The translations under genes were made by a program, and so were the position numbers. Positions 20,294 to 31,841 of a stretch of 64,000 nucleotides of DNA are shown piece after piece. Within the stretch, counting starts at the first letter, position 1. Every line of letters begins with the position of its first letter. A model generated the notes under the pieces. That model did not search any database. It saw nothing but the letters and a program-made list of their open reading frames with translations, and was not told the origin of the DNA. Source of the DNA: a virus; the IMG/VR virus record IMGVR_UViG_3300037423_001503. One strand, 5' to 3'.

Positions 20294-22452
20294 ATGGACG
20301 AACCTGATGCCCTCTTCCCAGCGCCGCCCGCGGGCTGGCAGTATGGTGTCGTCATGGCCGACGGGACCGTTTGGGGCTGTGGGACGAGCGAGCACGGGCG
20401 CTGGCTTCAGCGCCGACGCCTCAGCTACTCCAACGTCTCTGGCCCGTGTCTGTTGCCAGGCTCGGCGGATCTGAATCAGCGGCACCGTCGCCTCGCCCTC
20501 GGCTCTTGACAGCCGAACGCGGACTTGACTCGGAGTGGCCGCGCTGCTAGCCTTCTCGGCCGTGAACGAGAACCCCTGCACCGACTGGCTTACCGGTCCA
20601 TTCAGCGCCTACCCAGGCGACCGTGAACTTCTCGACCGCCTCGGTCTCAAGACCTACGGCTACCCATTCTCAGAGTTGATGAAGCTGGGTCAGGTGGTCT
20701 TCGACAACGAGGCCAAGGTTGACGTCTTCGTACTTGCGCTGCCGGCGCAGTCATGGAACTTCGTCATCACGCGTCCGGACGAGGAGAGCTTCAAGCTCTC
20801 GACCGGGACTGGTAAGTTCACGGAGTTCTGGCCGATGGCTGCGATGCTGGCCACCAACTGCGTCTCCGTGAGTAGGTTGTGACGTGCGTTTGACGGATGA
20901 GCATCTTCACGCGCTCGTTGCCAATAACCCCAACGACGAGGATCTTCTCCAGGAGCTACGCCAACGCGTGCGCTGGGCAGCGATCCGGGCGATCCCTGCG
21001 CGACGGGGCTACTGTAGCGCCGGCAAGCGAGTCGTGCTCGACGAGAAGGGCGCGTACTCGTCCGGGTACCCAATGCATTACGAGGAGGAGTTCACGACGT
21101 GTATGCACACAGGCAGAATCGTGTTTGACGAGCCCAACGCGCGCACTCTGCGACTCCAGGCGCTGATCGAGGAGTTGAGACCATGAAGCATCCACTGGAG
21201 GGCGCGACCGTCGCCCGCGTCGTGTTCGATGCGCGGGTCGAGACACACTACTCATGGCTAACGCCCGAAGATGACCTGCATGATCGCCTATTTGTCCGCG
21301 ACGGCCAGGTCTACGGTGAGCACGACGTGGAGCTTGCCATCGAGACCATCGACGGGCGCGTCTTCACGGCCAATACGTGTGGTTGTTGCTGCGGCATCGG
21401 CGGCGAACTCGGCGACGCCGATCGGATTCTCTGATGGCAGCCTTGACCGCCGATGAGGCCGGCGAGATCGTCGGTCTGCTAAGTTCTGTGAGGAAGATGG
21501 ACAAGGTTCGCCCTGATCCGATCCTGCTCTACGACTCAAACGGCGAGTACGTCGGACAGATCAAGTACGACACCCACAACGGTTACATGTACTACCTGCC
21601 GGGCGATCTTGGGGTGGACGAGTGAAGGGAACCTGCGGGTCGCAGGACTGGGCTTACACTGATAATGGAAACGTCATCATCTACGGTACCTGCGAGCGAG
21701 AGCCTTTTCACGAAGGACGCCACGTCGAGCACCGAGATGGAAAGCTCTGGGCCGAGTGGTCCGACCTCTCCTGGCGGCGCGCGCCCACTGAGTGGGAGAC
21801 CCGCGCCGCAGAACTAGCACAAGCCCTGCTCGACATCGCTGAGATCGCGATGCCAGATACGTACTTTGAGACCGATTCGCGCTGCCAGATGGCGCGTCAG
21901 ACACTGGAGGCGTTGGGCTATGCCGACGATGAGGAATGAAATCATCGAAGGCGCGCTAGAGATTCTGCGCGACCCAAAAAGCTGCACGAGTGGCGGTATG
22001 AGCCGACGCAGCGAGGGCCGTTACTGTGCGGCCGGCGCGCTGCTGAAGTCCGCGAGAGATCTCGGCGTCGACCTCAAGGATCATGTCGACCGCCCTACGA
22101 TCAGCCGCGCCGTGCTGGCCTTCATGGATGGCAACCGCGAGCGCACAGTCGAGATCCTTGAGCAGGCGCGAGCGTAGTGGGCTGCGTCTACTGTGATAGT
22201 CTGCTCTGCCGCTGCCCGCAACCACCTCCGCCGGATCCTGATCTCGTCGCCTGGGCGTCGGTTGGGCGCACGGGTATGTGTGTGCATTCCAGAAGAACCG
22301 AGGGCTGCGCGGGCTGTGAACTCCGACGTCTACGAGCGGCGCTGCGGCAGACCGCCCAAGACCTGATCGAGATCTCACACGCGTACTACGTCACAGATCC
22401 GCGCCGACGCCGAGCGCAGCTAATCCTAGAGGAACTCAATGACCAGAACTGA
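20294..22452 (+). other. run of small hypothetical ORFs (20294-20509, 20535-20882, 20884-21186, 21183-21434, 21434-21625, 21622-21939, 21929-22177, 22177-22452)
   Basis: Abutting or overlapping + strand ORFs; first has TACGCT-N7-ATG. Confidence 0.5.
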
Positions 22453-23578
22453 TCCCGCAGTCTTCAACCTACCCGTCGACAAGCTCCGCGAGGGCTACTA
22501 CGCCGACGCGTACTTCAACCGCGCCCGTGAACTCCTGATCGCCAACGGGCGTCATCCTCGCGTCGTGATGCAGGTCTTCCAGCGAGAGCACAGCTTCGCT
22601 GGTGGTGTCGATGAGGCCATCGCGATGCTGAAGCTCGGCGCGGGCGGCTACTACACGTGGAACTCGGCCGGCGACACCATGGTGAGGGCTCCCGGACCTG
22701 GGCGTCCCATCGGTGGCTACTGGAAGGACGGCTTCGAAGACCTCGTCGTCAAGGCGCTTCCCGAGGGCGCAGAGATCTCGCCGTGGGAGCCGGTGCTTCA
22801 GATCGAGGGCGACTACACGCTGTTTGCGCATCTTGAGACCACCATGCTGGGTGTGATGGCGCGCCGCAGCCTCGTCATGCGTAACGTCAAGGAAGCGATC
22901 GCGGCAGCGAACGGTAAGCCGATTTGGTTCTTCCCGGCTCGCCACGACCACTGGGCGGTTCAGACCGGTGACGGAATCGCCGCGCATCAGGCGGGCATTG
23001 AGGGCGTCTCCACTGACGCCGGTGCCTCGTGGTGGGGCGGACGAGGGATGGGGACGATCCCACACGCGCTGATCGCCGCCTATGGCGGTGACACCGTCAC
23101 TGCGGCGCGAGAGTTCGCCCAGCGCTACAAGGACTCCATGAACGTGACCGTGTTGGTGGACTTCCACAACGACTCCGTCCATACGGCACTTCAGGTGGCT
23201 GAGGAACTTGGCGACGACCTGTGGGGCGTCCGACTCGACACGTCCGGCAATCTCGTCGACTACGAGATCCAGCGCGATCTCAACTACGGCGAGTACGCAC
23301 CGACTGGCGTGAACCCAAGGCTCGTTGAGCTTGTCCGGAGAAGGCTTGACGATAACGGGCACGAGAACGTGAAGATCGTCGTCTCTGGCGGCTTCAAGGC
23401 CGCCAAGATCCGCGAGTTCGAGCGCCTCCATGTCCCGGTTGATGCCTATGGTGTGGGAAGCTCACTGATTCGCGGATCCAACGACTACACCGCCGACATC
23501 GTACGCACCAACGACGCGCAGTGCGCGAAGGTCGGACGATGGGAACGCGACGACTCACGGCTGGAAGTCGTTCGATGA
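22439..23578 (+). CDS. nicotinate phosphoribosyltransferase-family protein (type II PRTase)
   Basis: GYYADAYF, HLET, GTIPHALI, VLVDFHND, GVRLDTSG, IVVSGGF, AYGVGS. Confidence 0.85.
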   Translation: MTRTDPAVFNLPVDKLREGYYADAYFNRARELLIANGRHPRVVMQVFQREHSFAGGVDEAIAMLKLGAGGYYTWNSAGDTMVRAPGPGRPIGGYWKDGFEDLVVKALPEGAEISPWEPVLQIEGDYTLFAHLETTMLGVMARRSLVMRNVKEAIAAANGKPIWFFPARHDHWAVQTGDGIAAHQAGIEGVSTDAGASWWGGRGMGTIPHALIAAYGGDTVTAAREFAQRYKDSMNVTVLVDFHNDSVHTALQVAEELGDDLWGVRLDTSGNLVDYEIQRDLNYGEYAPTGVNPRLVELVRRRLDDNGHENVKIVVSGGFKAAKIREFERLHVPVDAYGVGSSLIRGSNDYTADIVRTNDAQCAKVGRWERDDSRLEVVR

Positions 23579-23757
23579 AGGTCATCTCCGTAGACGGCGA
23601 CGACCGCGCCGTGATCATCACATCGCTGGGCGACGCAGAACTCGATGCCGTCAAGATCTGCATGGACGCACTACGCGACCTCGACCGAAAGGCCGCGGCC
23701 CGAGCGGCGGCCTACGTTGCTGAGCGCTACAAGCTCGGCATTTTGGAGGATCTCTAG
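23575..23757 (+). CDS. hypothetical protein
   Basis: ATGA coupling. Confidence 0.5.
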   Translation: MKVISVDGDDRAVIITSLGDAELDAVKICMDALRDLDRKAAARAAAYVAERYKLGILEDL

Positions 23758-24540
23758 ATGGGTCGAGTTGAGCGCGACCGCCTTGGCGCGCGCATGAAGG
23801 AGTACGAGGCGCAGTGCAGGTTCGTGCTGCCACGCCGCACCTACACGATCCTGCGTCTCGACGGGCGCGCGTTCCACTCCTGGACCAAGGGTCTCAATCG
23901 TCCCTACGACGAAACCATGCTGACCGCGATGGCTGCGACGTCGAAGAAGCTTTGCTCGGAGATCTCGGGCGCTGTGTTCGCGTACACGCAGAGCGACGAG
24001 ATCAGCATCCTCGTTCAGGACTTCGCATCGCCGGATACGCAGCCCTGGTTTGGCGGCGTGGTGCAGAAGCTGGCTAGCGTCTCAGCGTCGGTCGCTACGG
24101 CCGAGTTCAACTCCTACTGGGAACGCCCGCCGGCCTATTTCGACGCGCGCTGCTTCACCATCGAACAGGCCGTTGAGGTTGCCAACTACTTCGTGTGGCG
24201 GCAGAAGGACGCGCGCCGCAACGCCATCAGCATGATCGCCGAGCAGCACTGGTCGGCGAACGAGCTTCACGGACGCCCAACTTCGGCGCGCCGCGAGATG
24301 CTCGAAGCTCAAGGCCTGGACCTTGATCGAGAGGACCAGCGCTTCATGATGGGCCAGGTCGTGTACCCGGTTACGGTTTTCGAGTCGGTCGTCTACACCG
24401 ACAAGCGCACCGGTGAGGAGTGCCGAACGCCTATGGTCGAACGACGCGTGCTCGATACGATCCCAGCGCCTGAGTTCCGCGCCGACCAGGGCTGGCTTGT
24501 CGAGCAGATCCACAACATTCCCGACGCTGTGGCTGCGTAA
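23758..24540 (+). CDS. Thg1-like tRNA(His) guanylyltransferase / 3'-5' polymerase
   Basis: RMKEYE, LRLDGRAFH, AYTQSDEISI, FDAR, YFVWRQKDARRNAI. Confidence 0.93.
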   Translation: MGRVERDRLGARMKEYEAQCRFVLPRRTYTILRLDGRAFHSWTKGLNRPYDETMLTAMAATSKKLCSEISGAVFAYTQSDEISILVQDFASPDTQPWFGGVVQKLASVSASVATAEFNSYWERPPAYFDARCFTIEQAVEVANYFVWRQKDARRNAISMIAEQHWSANELHGRPTSARREMLEAQGLDLDREDQRFMMGQVVYPVTVFESVVYTDKRTGEECRTPMVERRVLDTIPAPEFRADQGWLVEQIHNIPDAVAA

Positions 24541-27213
24541 TGGAAATCCAGGCGCTACTAACGATCGTACTTATTGTGCTTGCCTACCGAGCCGGACGAC
24601 GCGACGAACGAGAGGGACGATGAGGTACCCGATCAAGCTCAACGACGGCTACACCTGCCAGGGCTACGACGCCGACGGACGATACATCGTGTTCGACGAC
24701 TTGCTCGGCGAGGGCGAACGTGTAGGACCGTCTGACGGCGAAGGCAACGTACACGTGAATGCATACGTCGTGCGACGCGAGGACGGCCTGTGGGTGGAGG
24801 CGCTGTGAGCTTCACGGTGATGATCGCAGTGCATCGCGACGTACTGCCGCCCGTTCTGGGTATGCGTCACCTAGTTGGTATCAACCTGCGCGGCGGTTAC
24901 GACGCCGTTCTGGAGTTCGACAATCCGGTCTCCTTCGAGGGCACGGTCGATGAGGTTCGCCAAAGGACACGTAGTCACGTGTTTAGCGCGGCGCACTCGC
25001 ACAACGGGTTCCGTGACGCCGCCATGCTGCGGTACACACCGTTCAAGACCGGCACCGAGTGGGGACAAGCTCGCGTCGCAGCGATACCAGAGGACCGACG
25101 CTGCGAGAAGTGCGCCGGTACAGGCAATGATGTCATTCTGGCCTCCAACGGTGGCGTCGGTGAAGTCGTAATCTGTTGGCCATGTGAAGGCACTGGAAGG
25201 AAGAAGGCATGACTCTCTACGAGGCGATGCAGGTGTTGGTGCGATTCCATTCTTGGGATTTCGGTGACCGCGGACACGGCTTGTGCGATCAGACGTTGCG
25301 CGCCGAGCTTGCTCAACTAATCGACGCGGCAGACCTCGCCGACGTGCGCGTGACGCTCGGACGGTTCGTTCGCGAAGAGTTCCTGAGCGAAGATGCTCTC
25401 GACGCAGGCTACGGGCCTGAGGACGCGCTGGATTTCCTGAATTGGTTCTGCGCAGGAGATTTCCGACCGTGAGCATTTCTCATCAGGAGACACTCGACGA
25501 GATCAAGTACAACGACCCCCTGATCGAGATCAACCAGAGGTGGTCTATCTGCGACGACGCCGGCTTACCCTACAGGGTCATCAGGGTGCTATGTCGACAC
25601 CCAGATGATGGTAATGACGGACAGCGTCGTTGGGTTTGCGAAGAGCAGCCTGCACACTTGGGGTTCAAGGGAATCGGCGTCTGGGACGAGTACCAGATCA
25701 GAAGGGTGTTCAGGCCGCATGGTTAGCAGGGCTCTGGTGGTGTTGCTTTTTCTGTTTGAGGCCATTGTGCTGGTCGCGACGGGCTACGTTGCGTTCAATG
25801 CTTGGGTCTTCGGAGGCGTCGGGCCTGGTATAGCCGCCACGAGCATCGTCGTTGTCGTGGCTGTTGTGCTCGGCTGGGGGCTGTGGGAGATTTGGACGAG
25901 CTAGGCTCCTGGTACCCAGGGAAGCGTTGCCCGCGCGAGGCCGAGCTTCCCTTGGATCTCATGGTGAGAATGTTGATGGACGACCGGCGCATCGTTGCCG
26001 GTCGTGTCATGTACACGCCGCTTCAGGTCGCAGCGATCTATGCGAACTACAACCACAAGTACGTCAAGGATGAGGACACGAGAGACTTGATCCGTCGCCT
26101 ACTTCAGATCCACGGCCGAGCCGTCGACCGAAACGAACCACTACCAGAGGAGATGGAGCTTTGAAGCTCTTCATCGCTAGAACCGTCGTGTATGCGTTCT
26201 TCGTCTCAACAGTACTATTCCTGGTCATCGCCCCGATCATCAACCCGCAGGTCCTGATCTGCTACGGGATTGTCGCCTTGCTGGCCCTGGTTATTTGGGC
26301 GCTCGTTACAGTCGAGGACAACGACCGATGAACATCAACGATTGGATCGGACACATCGACGGCCTGCGACGCGAGGACGAACTTCTAGCTGTCGGCGAAT
26401 GGCACGGCTACCTAAGGGAGTTCGGTAGCGGTGGGCCGCTGCGCGGCAACTACGTGCTCGTTCGGTGGCGCACTCCTACCGTGTTGGTCTCGCACGACGA
26501 CCCCGACGAGTGCGTCAAGCTGGCGCGGCGCATCGAGCGCGCAGCGATGTGGAAGTACATCGACAACGAGGAGCGCCCCGCGGTGTGGGCGCAGGAGGCC
26601 GAGGATCAGTCGTGACCGACTACAGCGACGCCCTCGCGGTTGTCGATGATCTGATCGCGGAGGAGGCCGCGCTGGCCAACAAGATTTGTGCCGCCGATCC
26701 CATAGGCTGGACGCGCCTCGGACTGGGTACGTCGTCTGGGGCTCGACTCCATGCATTTCAGGAGGTCAAGCGGCGGCTCATCAGTCACGGCGTCCGCGAC
26801 CGTGAAGAGGCCTGCATCATCGTCCAGTGGGACGAGGGCTACGGCGAGTGGTTCGCCTATTGCCGCAAGTGCGGCAAGCGAGTCAGCAACGCCTACGCGC
26901 TGCGACACGAAGTCGACGACATGGGTCGCGTCGTCGATTGTGGCGTTGAGTTCAAGCACGTAACCACGCCCTACATTGGCGCGCTCCGCGAGGAGGTCAA
27001 GTCGCTACGCGACGACCTTACCTTCATTGATGTAGACTTTGCATCATGAGCCTCAATCAGCCGCAAGACGACCAGAAGGTGTGCCCGACCTGTAACGGCA
27101 CAGGCATGGCGTCGAAGTACGACATGGGTTGGCGCACGCTCATGCACAGCGACGAGTTCGCGCGCAAGGTCACCTGCGTGCCCTGCGCCGGCACGGGCGT
27201 CGTCTATGCGTGA
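24540..27213 (+). other. run of small hypothetical ORFs including TM peptides (24540-24623, ~25719-25904, 26161-26331) and DnaJ-type Zn fingers (24805-25212, 27046-27213)
   Basis: Coupled starts and stops; CxxCxGxG pairs; hydrophobic segments. Confidence 0.5.
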
Positions 27214-27532
27214 ACGAGTCCTCCATCTGACGCGCGATGACTTCAAGTGGGACTATTACCGCGCTAGCGGTAATGGCGGCCAGAACCGCAACAAGCGCGA
27301 CACCGCCGTACGGTGCACACATGCGCCCTCTGGTGCGGTCGGCAACGCAGCCGACGAGCGCACACAGGGCAAGAACCGTAAGCTCGCCTTCAAGCGCTGC
27401 ACCGACGACCCGAAGTTCCGTCGTTGGCTGGCCATCGAGCACGCCAGAACCCTAGTTGGCCGCGATCGATGGGTCGACCAGCAGATGCGGCCCGAGAATC
27501 TCTTGATCGAGTACGGCCCATTCGATCGTTAG
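27206..27532 (+). CDS. stand-alone RF-1 domain (GGQ) peptidyl-tRNA hydrolase / release-factor-like protein
   Basis: RASGNGGQNRNKRDTAVRCTHAPSG...ERTQGKNRKLA. Confidence 0.88.
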   Translation: MRERVLHLTRDDFKWDYYRASGNGGQNRNKRDTAVRCTHAPSGAVGNAADERTQGKNRKLAFKRCTDDPKFRRWLAIEHARTLVGRDRWVDQQMRPENLLIEYGPFDR

Positions 27533-27562
27533 AGCCTCGTCCGCGCACCTCATTTAGGACAC

Positions 27563-27613
27563 AAAGAAGCCCTGAAGGCAACCACCTTCAGGGCTTTCTT
27601 ATTGTTGTCTTTT
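27563..27613. terminator. bidirectional terminator at convergence of + and - arms
   Basis: 12-bp stem AAGCCCTGAAGG/CCTTCAGGGCTT with A/T tracts on both sides. Confidence 0.8.
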
Positions 27614-27623
27614 GTTGCCGGCC

Positions 27624-28788
27624 TTAGCCCACGATGAGCTTGCCGATCTGTTCGAGGCTCGTGACCTGCGTGTAGTTCATCAGCCCCGGCGTGCGCGACG
27701 CCTCCATCACGATGTCCTCCGAGTTGCCGTAGGCGTAGCGTACGCGAAACTCGATACCGTCGATGACGAACACGGCCTGGCGCTTGAGCTTGTTGCCGCC
27801 CATGGGCTCATGCCGAAACTTGATGTCGTTGACCTCCGCCGCCGACATGCCTAGCTGCGACTGGAGAAACGTCAGTGCGAAGTCAACGAGTTCTACGTCC
27901 TGACGCTCAAGCTCGCTCTGCTGCAACGTGACCTGTTCCTCGCGCGCGGCGATTGCTCGATCTCGAAGCGAGCGCTTCGCTCCAATGATCTGGTCGGGCG
28001 TGATGTTGGAGAAGTCGAATTCGTCAACGCTCACGATGAAGTCCTCGTAGGTCGAAGATCGCAGATTGTGCGATCGTCTGCTCAGAAAGTCCGATATGCG
28101 CGTACTCGCGGTACCCAGCGTCAGCGCAGTTCCAGCAGCGAGGCCCCAACAGAGTCTTCGGGTAGAGCTTACCCCAGAAGATGAAATCTGCCGGCGCTGA
28201 ACAGAAGCGCTTGTTGTATTCAAAGGTTGTCTCCTTTTCGGCGCGACATGTCTCACGCAATGGGACGTACACGACAGCCTTGGCCGTCACCGCATCGGGA
28301 GCAAAACTAGCCAAGTCGAACCCTCTCCTTCCGGCGCCCACACGAACACTTACCAGGGCTTTCCGTGAGCGAGCCCCAACAATCCTCGCCTGCTTCGTCG
28401 CTGTCCCAGTCAGGGCAGCGAAAGCCATCAACGGGAACCCAGTGCTGGTTCAGGATGTCGAGCATGCGCTTATAGAGGATCTCCACGACGTTGTGGTCGA
28501 CGTCATCGTAGTCGATGTCAAGATGTAGATCGCCAGGTCCAGAGATCGCGAAGCTCTTACCGAAATAGCCGCGTCCCGGCACATCGAGCAGCTTGAACGC
28601 CGCCATCAGTTGTCCTGTGAGCGTTCGGTCGGGTAGGCGCGCTCGATGATCTCGTGAATCGTGTGGTCGACCTTCGTGTCGTAGTTGTCGAACAGCCGCT
28701 TCGACCGAGGCACCGTATCGTTCTGGTGCTTGATCTCAGCGACCGCCTTACGCACTGTGTCTCCGTCTGGCGTGAAGTTGATCTTCAT
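27624..28788 (-). other. four small hypothetical ORFs (27624-28034, 28024-28314, 28307-28606, 28606-28788)
   Basis: Coupled - strand ORFs with SD sites. Confidence 0.5.
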
Positions 28789-29516
28789 CAGAATCCCATC
28801 CTGATTCGATAGACAAGGTGGTTGATTTTACCCATGTCGGGTTCATCGGGAAGCTTGGAGTAGGCGGCTGCGTTGTCGAGAGTGATCAACATGGCCTCGG
28901 CGATGGACTCGACCTTATCGAGATCCTTCTCGGCAACGCCCTTGAGCCACTCAACCTGAAGCGGCTGTAGACGCACCAAGACCTCGCCGTGCTTGAGGGC
29001 GTGGACGCCGGCCATGAGCAGTCGTAGCGTGTGAAGCTTGAACTTGGTGCGCTTGTGGTGACTCGCGCCGCGAGAACCACCAGTTCCCTCACGCGCCTTA
29101 CGAAGCTGCGAAACCGCGTAGCCGCCGTAGGTGTGAACGATGCGCTTCGAGAGGAAGAGCCCGCGGCTATTGATGAGTTGGCCGCCGGCCGAGTAGGCGT
29201 CAATCATCTGGTCATCGGACCACAGCATCTCTAGCGCTGTTGGGTTCGCCTTAGCGGCAAGGCGAGCGAAGTGCGCTAGCTCGTAGACGACGACGTCTGC
29301 GTCTTCGGCGATCGAGTTGAGTTCGAGCGCGTCCTTAGCGCCGCCCAGGGAGAGAACCCTGCGAAGCCCAGCCACGTAGACGCCTCGAAAATCGTGATCC
29401 GAGTCAGGGTTGTCGGTGCCGTAGGCACGGCTGCCGGTGCGCGAGACGAGCACGAGTTCGCCGTCTGCGGCCTCTGCGTGCGGCTCGATGAGATCAAAGA
29501 AGTCCTCAGTGGTCAT
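28788..29516 (-). CDS. DNA pol-beta-like nucleotidyltransferase (RlaP/PF10127 type)
   Basis: GSRAYGTDNPDSDHDFRGVY, ANPTALEMLW, YGGYAVSQ, HTLRLL. Confidence 0.85.
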   Translation of the reverse strand: MTTEDFFDLIEPHAEAADGELVLVSRTGSRAYGTDNPDSDHDFRGVYVAGLRRVLSLGGAKDALELNSIAEDADVVVYELAHFARLAAKANPTALEMLWSDDQMIDAYSAGGQLINSRGLFLSKRIVHTYGGYAVSQLRKAREGTGGSRGASHHKRTKFKLHTLRLLMAGVHALKHGEVLVRLQPLQVEWLKGVAEKDLDKVESIAEAMLITLDNAAAYSKLPDEPDMGKINHLVYRIRMGF

Positions 29517-30453
29517 AGTTCCTTGTAGGTCGTTGGCTGATCAAGCCAGCGTTGATGATCTTCGAGCGCGAGCATACGATCGCGTAGATTCTGCTCAGCC
29601 TCGCCGCGCGTGTAGCCCCAGCCGTAGTAGAGATCGGTTGGCTCGCGTCGCCAGAAGAACAGACCCTTGGTCTCCAGCCAGGCGTTGTAGCCATGTCCCG
29701 TCGCGGGCTCGATGGTGATCCTCTGCATCAGTACTTCCAAAGATCACAGCGGCCCGTCACGAACGTCGCGGCGAACCAGGCGATGACGTCGCGGCGCTGG
29801 CTTACGCGGCTGTAGATCCTGTTCGGCGAGATGCCGCCGAACGGGTACGGCTCGATCTGGTAACGCTCGCCGTCGATGTCTTCGAAGTAGCGCGAATATT
29901 CGTCGAGGCCGTAGCGATTGGGGTTGAAACGCGCTAGCGTTGATCGCAGTCTACGCATCGAATACGAAGCTCGACTCGGTGATGATGTCAACTACGACGT
30001 CGGCGAGTTGACCTTCGAGGCCCAGGTAGACCTCGTTGCGGAAGGTTTGCGATCCGAAGCTCTGCTCGTCCATAGCCTGCCCGATCATCTGTGCCGCGCC
30101 ATAGGCGGCGTCGCGGATGATGTTGTGGAGGCTGTTGGGGATTTCGACTGGCGGCGTCATTATCAGAATCCCATTTCGTCTAGTGATGGTCTCGGATCCG
30201 AGAGCGAGACGATCTCGTCGCCGCTACAGCCCCAGGGTTCGGCGCAGGGCACGTGATGTGGGCATGAGCGAGCAACGCGCTTCTTGCCTTGTGCCTTGAG
30301 CAGCTTGGCCCGCATAGGAGTTTTGCGCGGCTCCATGAAGAGATCGAAGTCGCGCTTACAGTCTGGGCAGAAGTCGCGCTCGTCTACCTCGTACGATTCG
30401 CCTTTGATCTCACGACCGCAACGGTCACACTCAGTGACGTGACGAGTTGCCAT
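29513..30453 (-). other. small hypothetical ORFs (29513-29740, 29728-~29958, 29951-30160, 30163-30453 Zn finger)
   Basis: Packed - strand ORFs between rtcB and the nucleotidyltransferase. Confidence 0.45.
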
Positions 30454-30454
30454 G

Positions 30455-31804
30455 TCAGTCCTTGTACTTGTCGACAACGCCGCTACCGGCCATGGCGACG
30501 CCAATCGGGCGGAGCGAGTGCTTGACTTCGACGTAGTCGGCGTGGGCGGCCAGCACTTCAGGCAATCGCTTGTAGGCCTCGGGAGCCTCGTCAGCGTCGC
30601 CGCCGCGAAGTTCGATGCCCTGTCGGCGCAGGCGCTTCTGGACAGCCTTCCAGTCGACTCGGCCCTCGCGCTCCTGAACCCACGTCTTGGACACGTCACC
30701 ATGCATACACTCGGGGCAGATCGTGAACGACGGCTCGCCGCGTCCCTGTGTGTGCCCGCAGTTGTTACACGTGACGCGCTTGCGCTGTCGACCCTTGGCC
30801 TCTGTGCGCGACATCACACGTCCCGCGCCATGCGGGGCCGACCAGATGGCCTCCTGGCCGGCGGCCCAAGCGAGCAGCCTCTTACCGGTCGTTACGAGTC
30901 CACCATCGCCGAAGCCCTCGATGATGACCGCATTCTCGCCCATCGAGCCGCCAACGAAGCCCTGCTGTCCCGGGTAGAGTGGCGTCGAGCCCTTGCGGAC
31001 CACCCAACAATCCACACCATTCACGTTTTCCAACCACGAGAAGTTGTGGTGGTTGTGAACTTCGTGCACAACGGCCGGCGATCCCAGGATCTCCAGGACC
31101 TTGTCGACCACGACGTCGCGGCCCGCGTACGCGTAGTCGCCTGCGAGGTTCATGGCCTCGATGTAGGTGTAGCCGAGCGGAGAATCCTTGTGCAGCAGCA
31201 CGGGCGGCGAGTGCATCTCACCGCCGTCGGCGTGGTCGGCGAACTCCTTGCCTTGTGCGAGCGCGAGGAAGCCGGAAGCGATCTTGTGGCCGAAGCCACG
31301 CGAGCCGAAGTGGACGCCGATCCAGATGCGATCGGTGCCTTCTTCGGCGAAGAGATCGACGTAGTGGTTGCCGGAGCCGACGGTGCCTAGCTGAGCCCGA
31401 GCGGTGCCGATGAGATCTCGAACGCCACGCATCGGAGCTTCACGATTGATGCGATCGAAGATCTCGTGGTCGACGGGCTCGTTGTTCGGACGCCCCATGC
31501 CGAAGCTGATGCGGCGCGAGATCTCGTCCATGATCTTCGGTAGATCGGCGCGGATATCGCCGAGGAAGAGGTTTGTCGAGACGGCCTTGTTGCCGCAGCC
31601 AATGTCGTAGCCCACAGAGGACGGCGAGACGTAGTCCTCATAGGCGATGACACCTCCGATGGGAGCAGAGTAGCCGAGGTGGTGATCTGCGCAGAGAACG
31701 CCAGCGACGGCGTCACCCGCGACCATGCAGGTCTCCATCTGGCGAACCGCGCCCTCATCGGGAGACATCCCATCGGGCGTGAAGATGGTTAGATTGTCAG
31801 ACAT
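30455..31804 (-). CDS. rtcB: RtcB RNA 3'-phosphate/5'-OH ligase
   Basis: DHHLGYSAPIGG, VGYDIGCG, QLGTVGSGNHY, VHFGSRGFG, HHNF, VRKGST, HGAGRVMSR, DEAPEAYK. Confidence 0.95.
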   Translation of the reverse strand: MSDNLTIFTPDGMSPDEGAVRQMETCMVAGDAVAGVLCADHHLGYSAPIGGVIAYEDYVSPSSVGYDIGCGNKAVSTNLFLGDIRADLPKIMDEISRRISFGMGRPNNEPVDHEIFDRINREAPMRGVRDLIGTARAQLGTVGSGNHYVDLFAEEGTDRIWIGVHFGSRGFGHKIASGFLALAQGKEFADHADGGEMHSPPVLLHKDSPLGYTYIEAMNLAGDYAYAGRDVVVDKVLEILGSPAVVHEVHNHHNFSWLENVNGVDCWVVRKGSTPLYPGQQGFVGGSMGENAVIIEGFGDGGLVTTGKRLLAWAAGQEAIWSAPHGAGRVMSRTEAKGRQRKRVTCNNCGHTQGRGEPSFTICPECMHGDVSKTWVQEREGRVDWKAVQKRLRRQGIELRGGDADEAPEAYKRLPEVLAAHADYVEVKHSLRPIGVAMAGSGVVDKYKD

Positions 31805-31841
31805 CGTGGCCTCCGAGTTGCGTTTCGAGGTTGATGAAGCT

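Noticed and set aside
28788-30174. Repeated TCAGAATCCCAT at 28788 and 30163 (two genes ending MGF-stop)
   Set aside because: Only 12 bp and two copies; chance or trivial recombination
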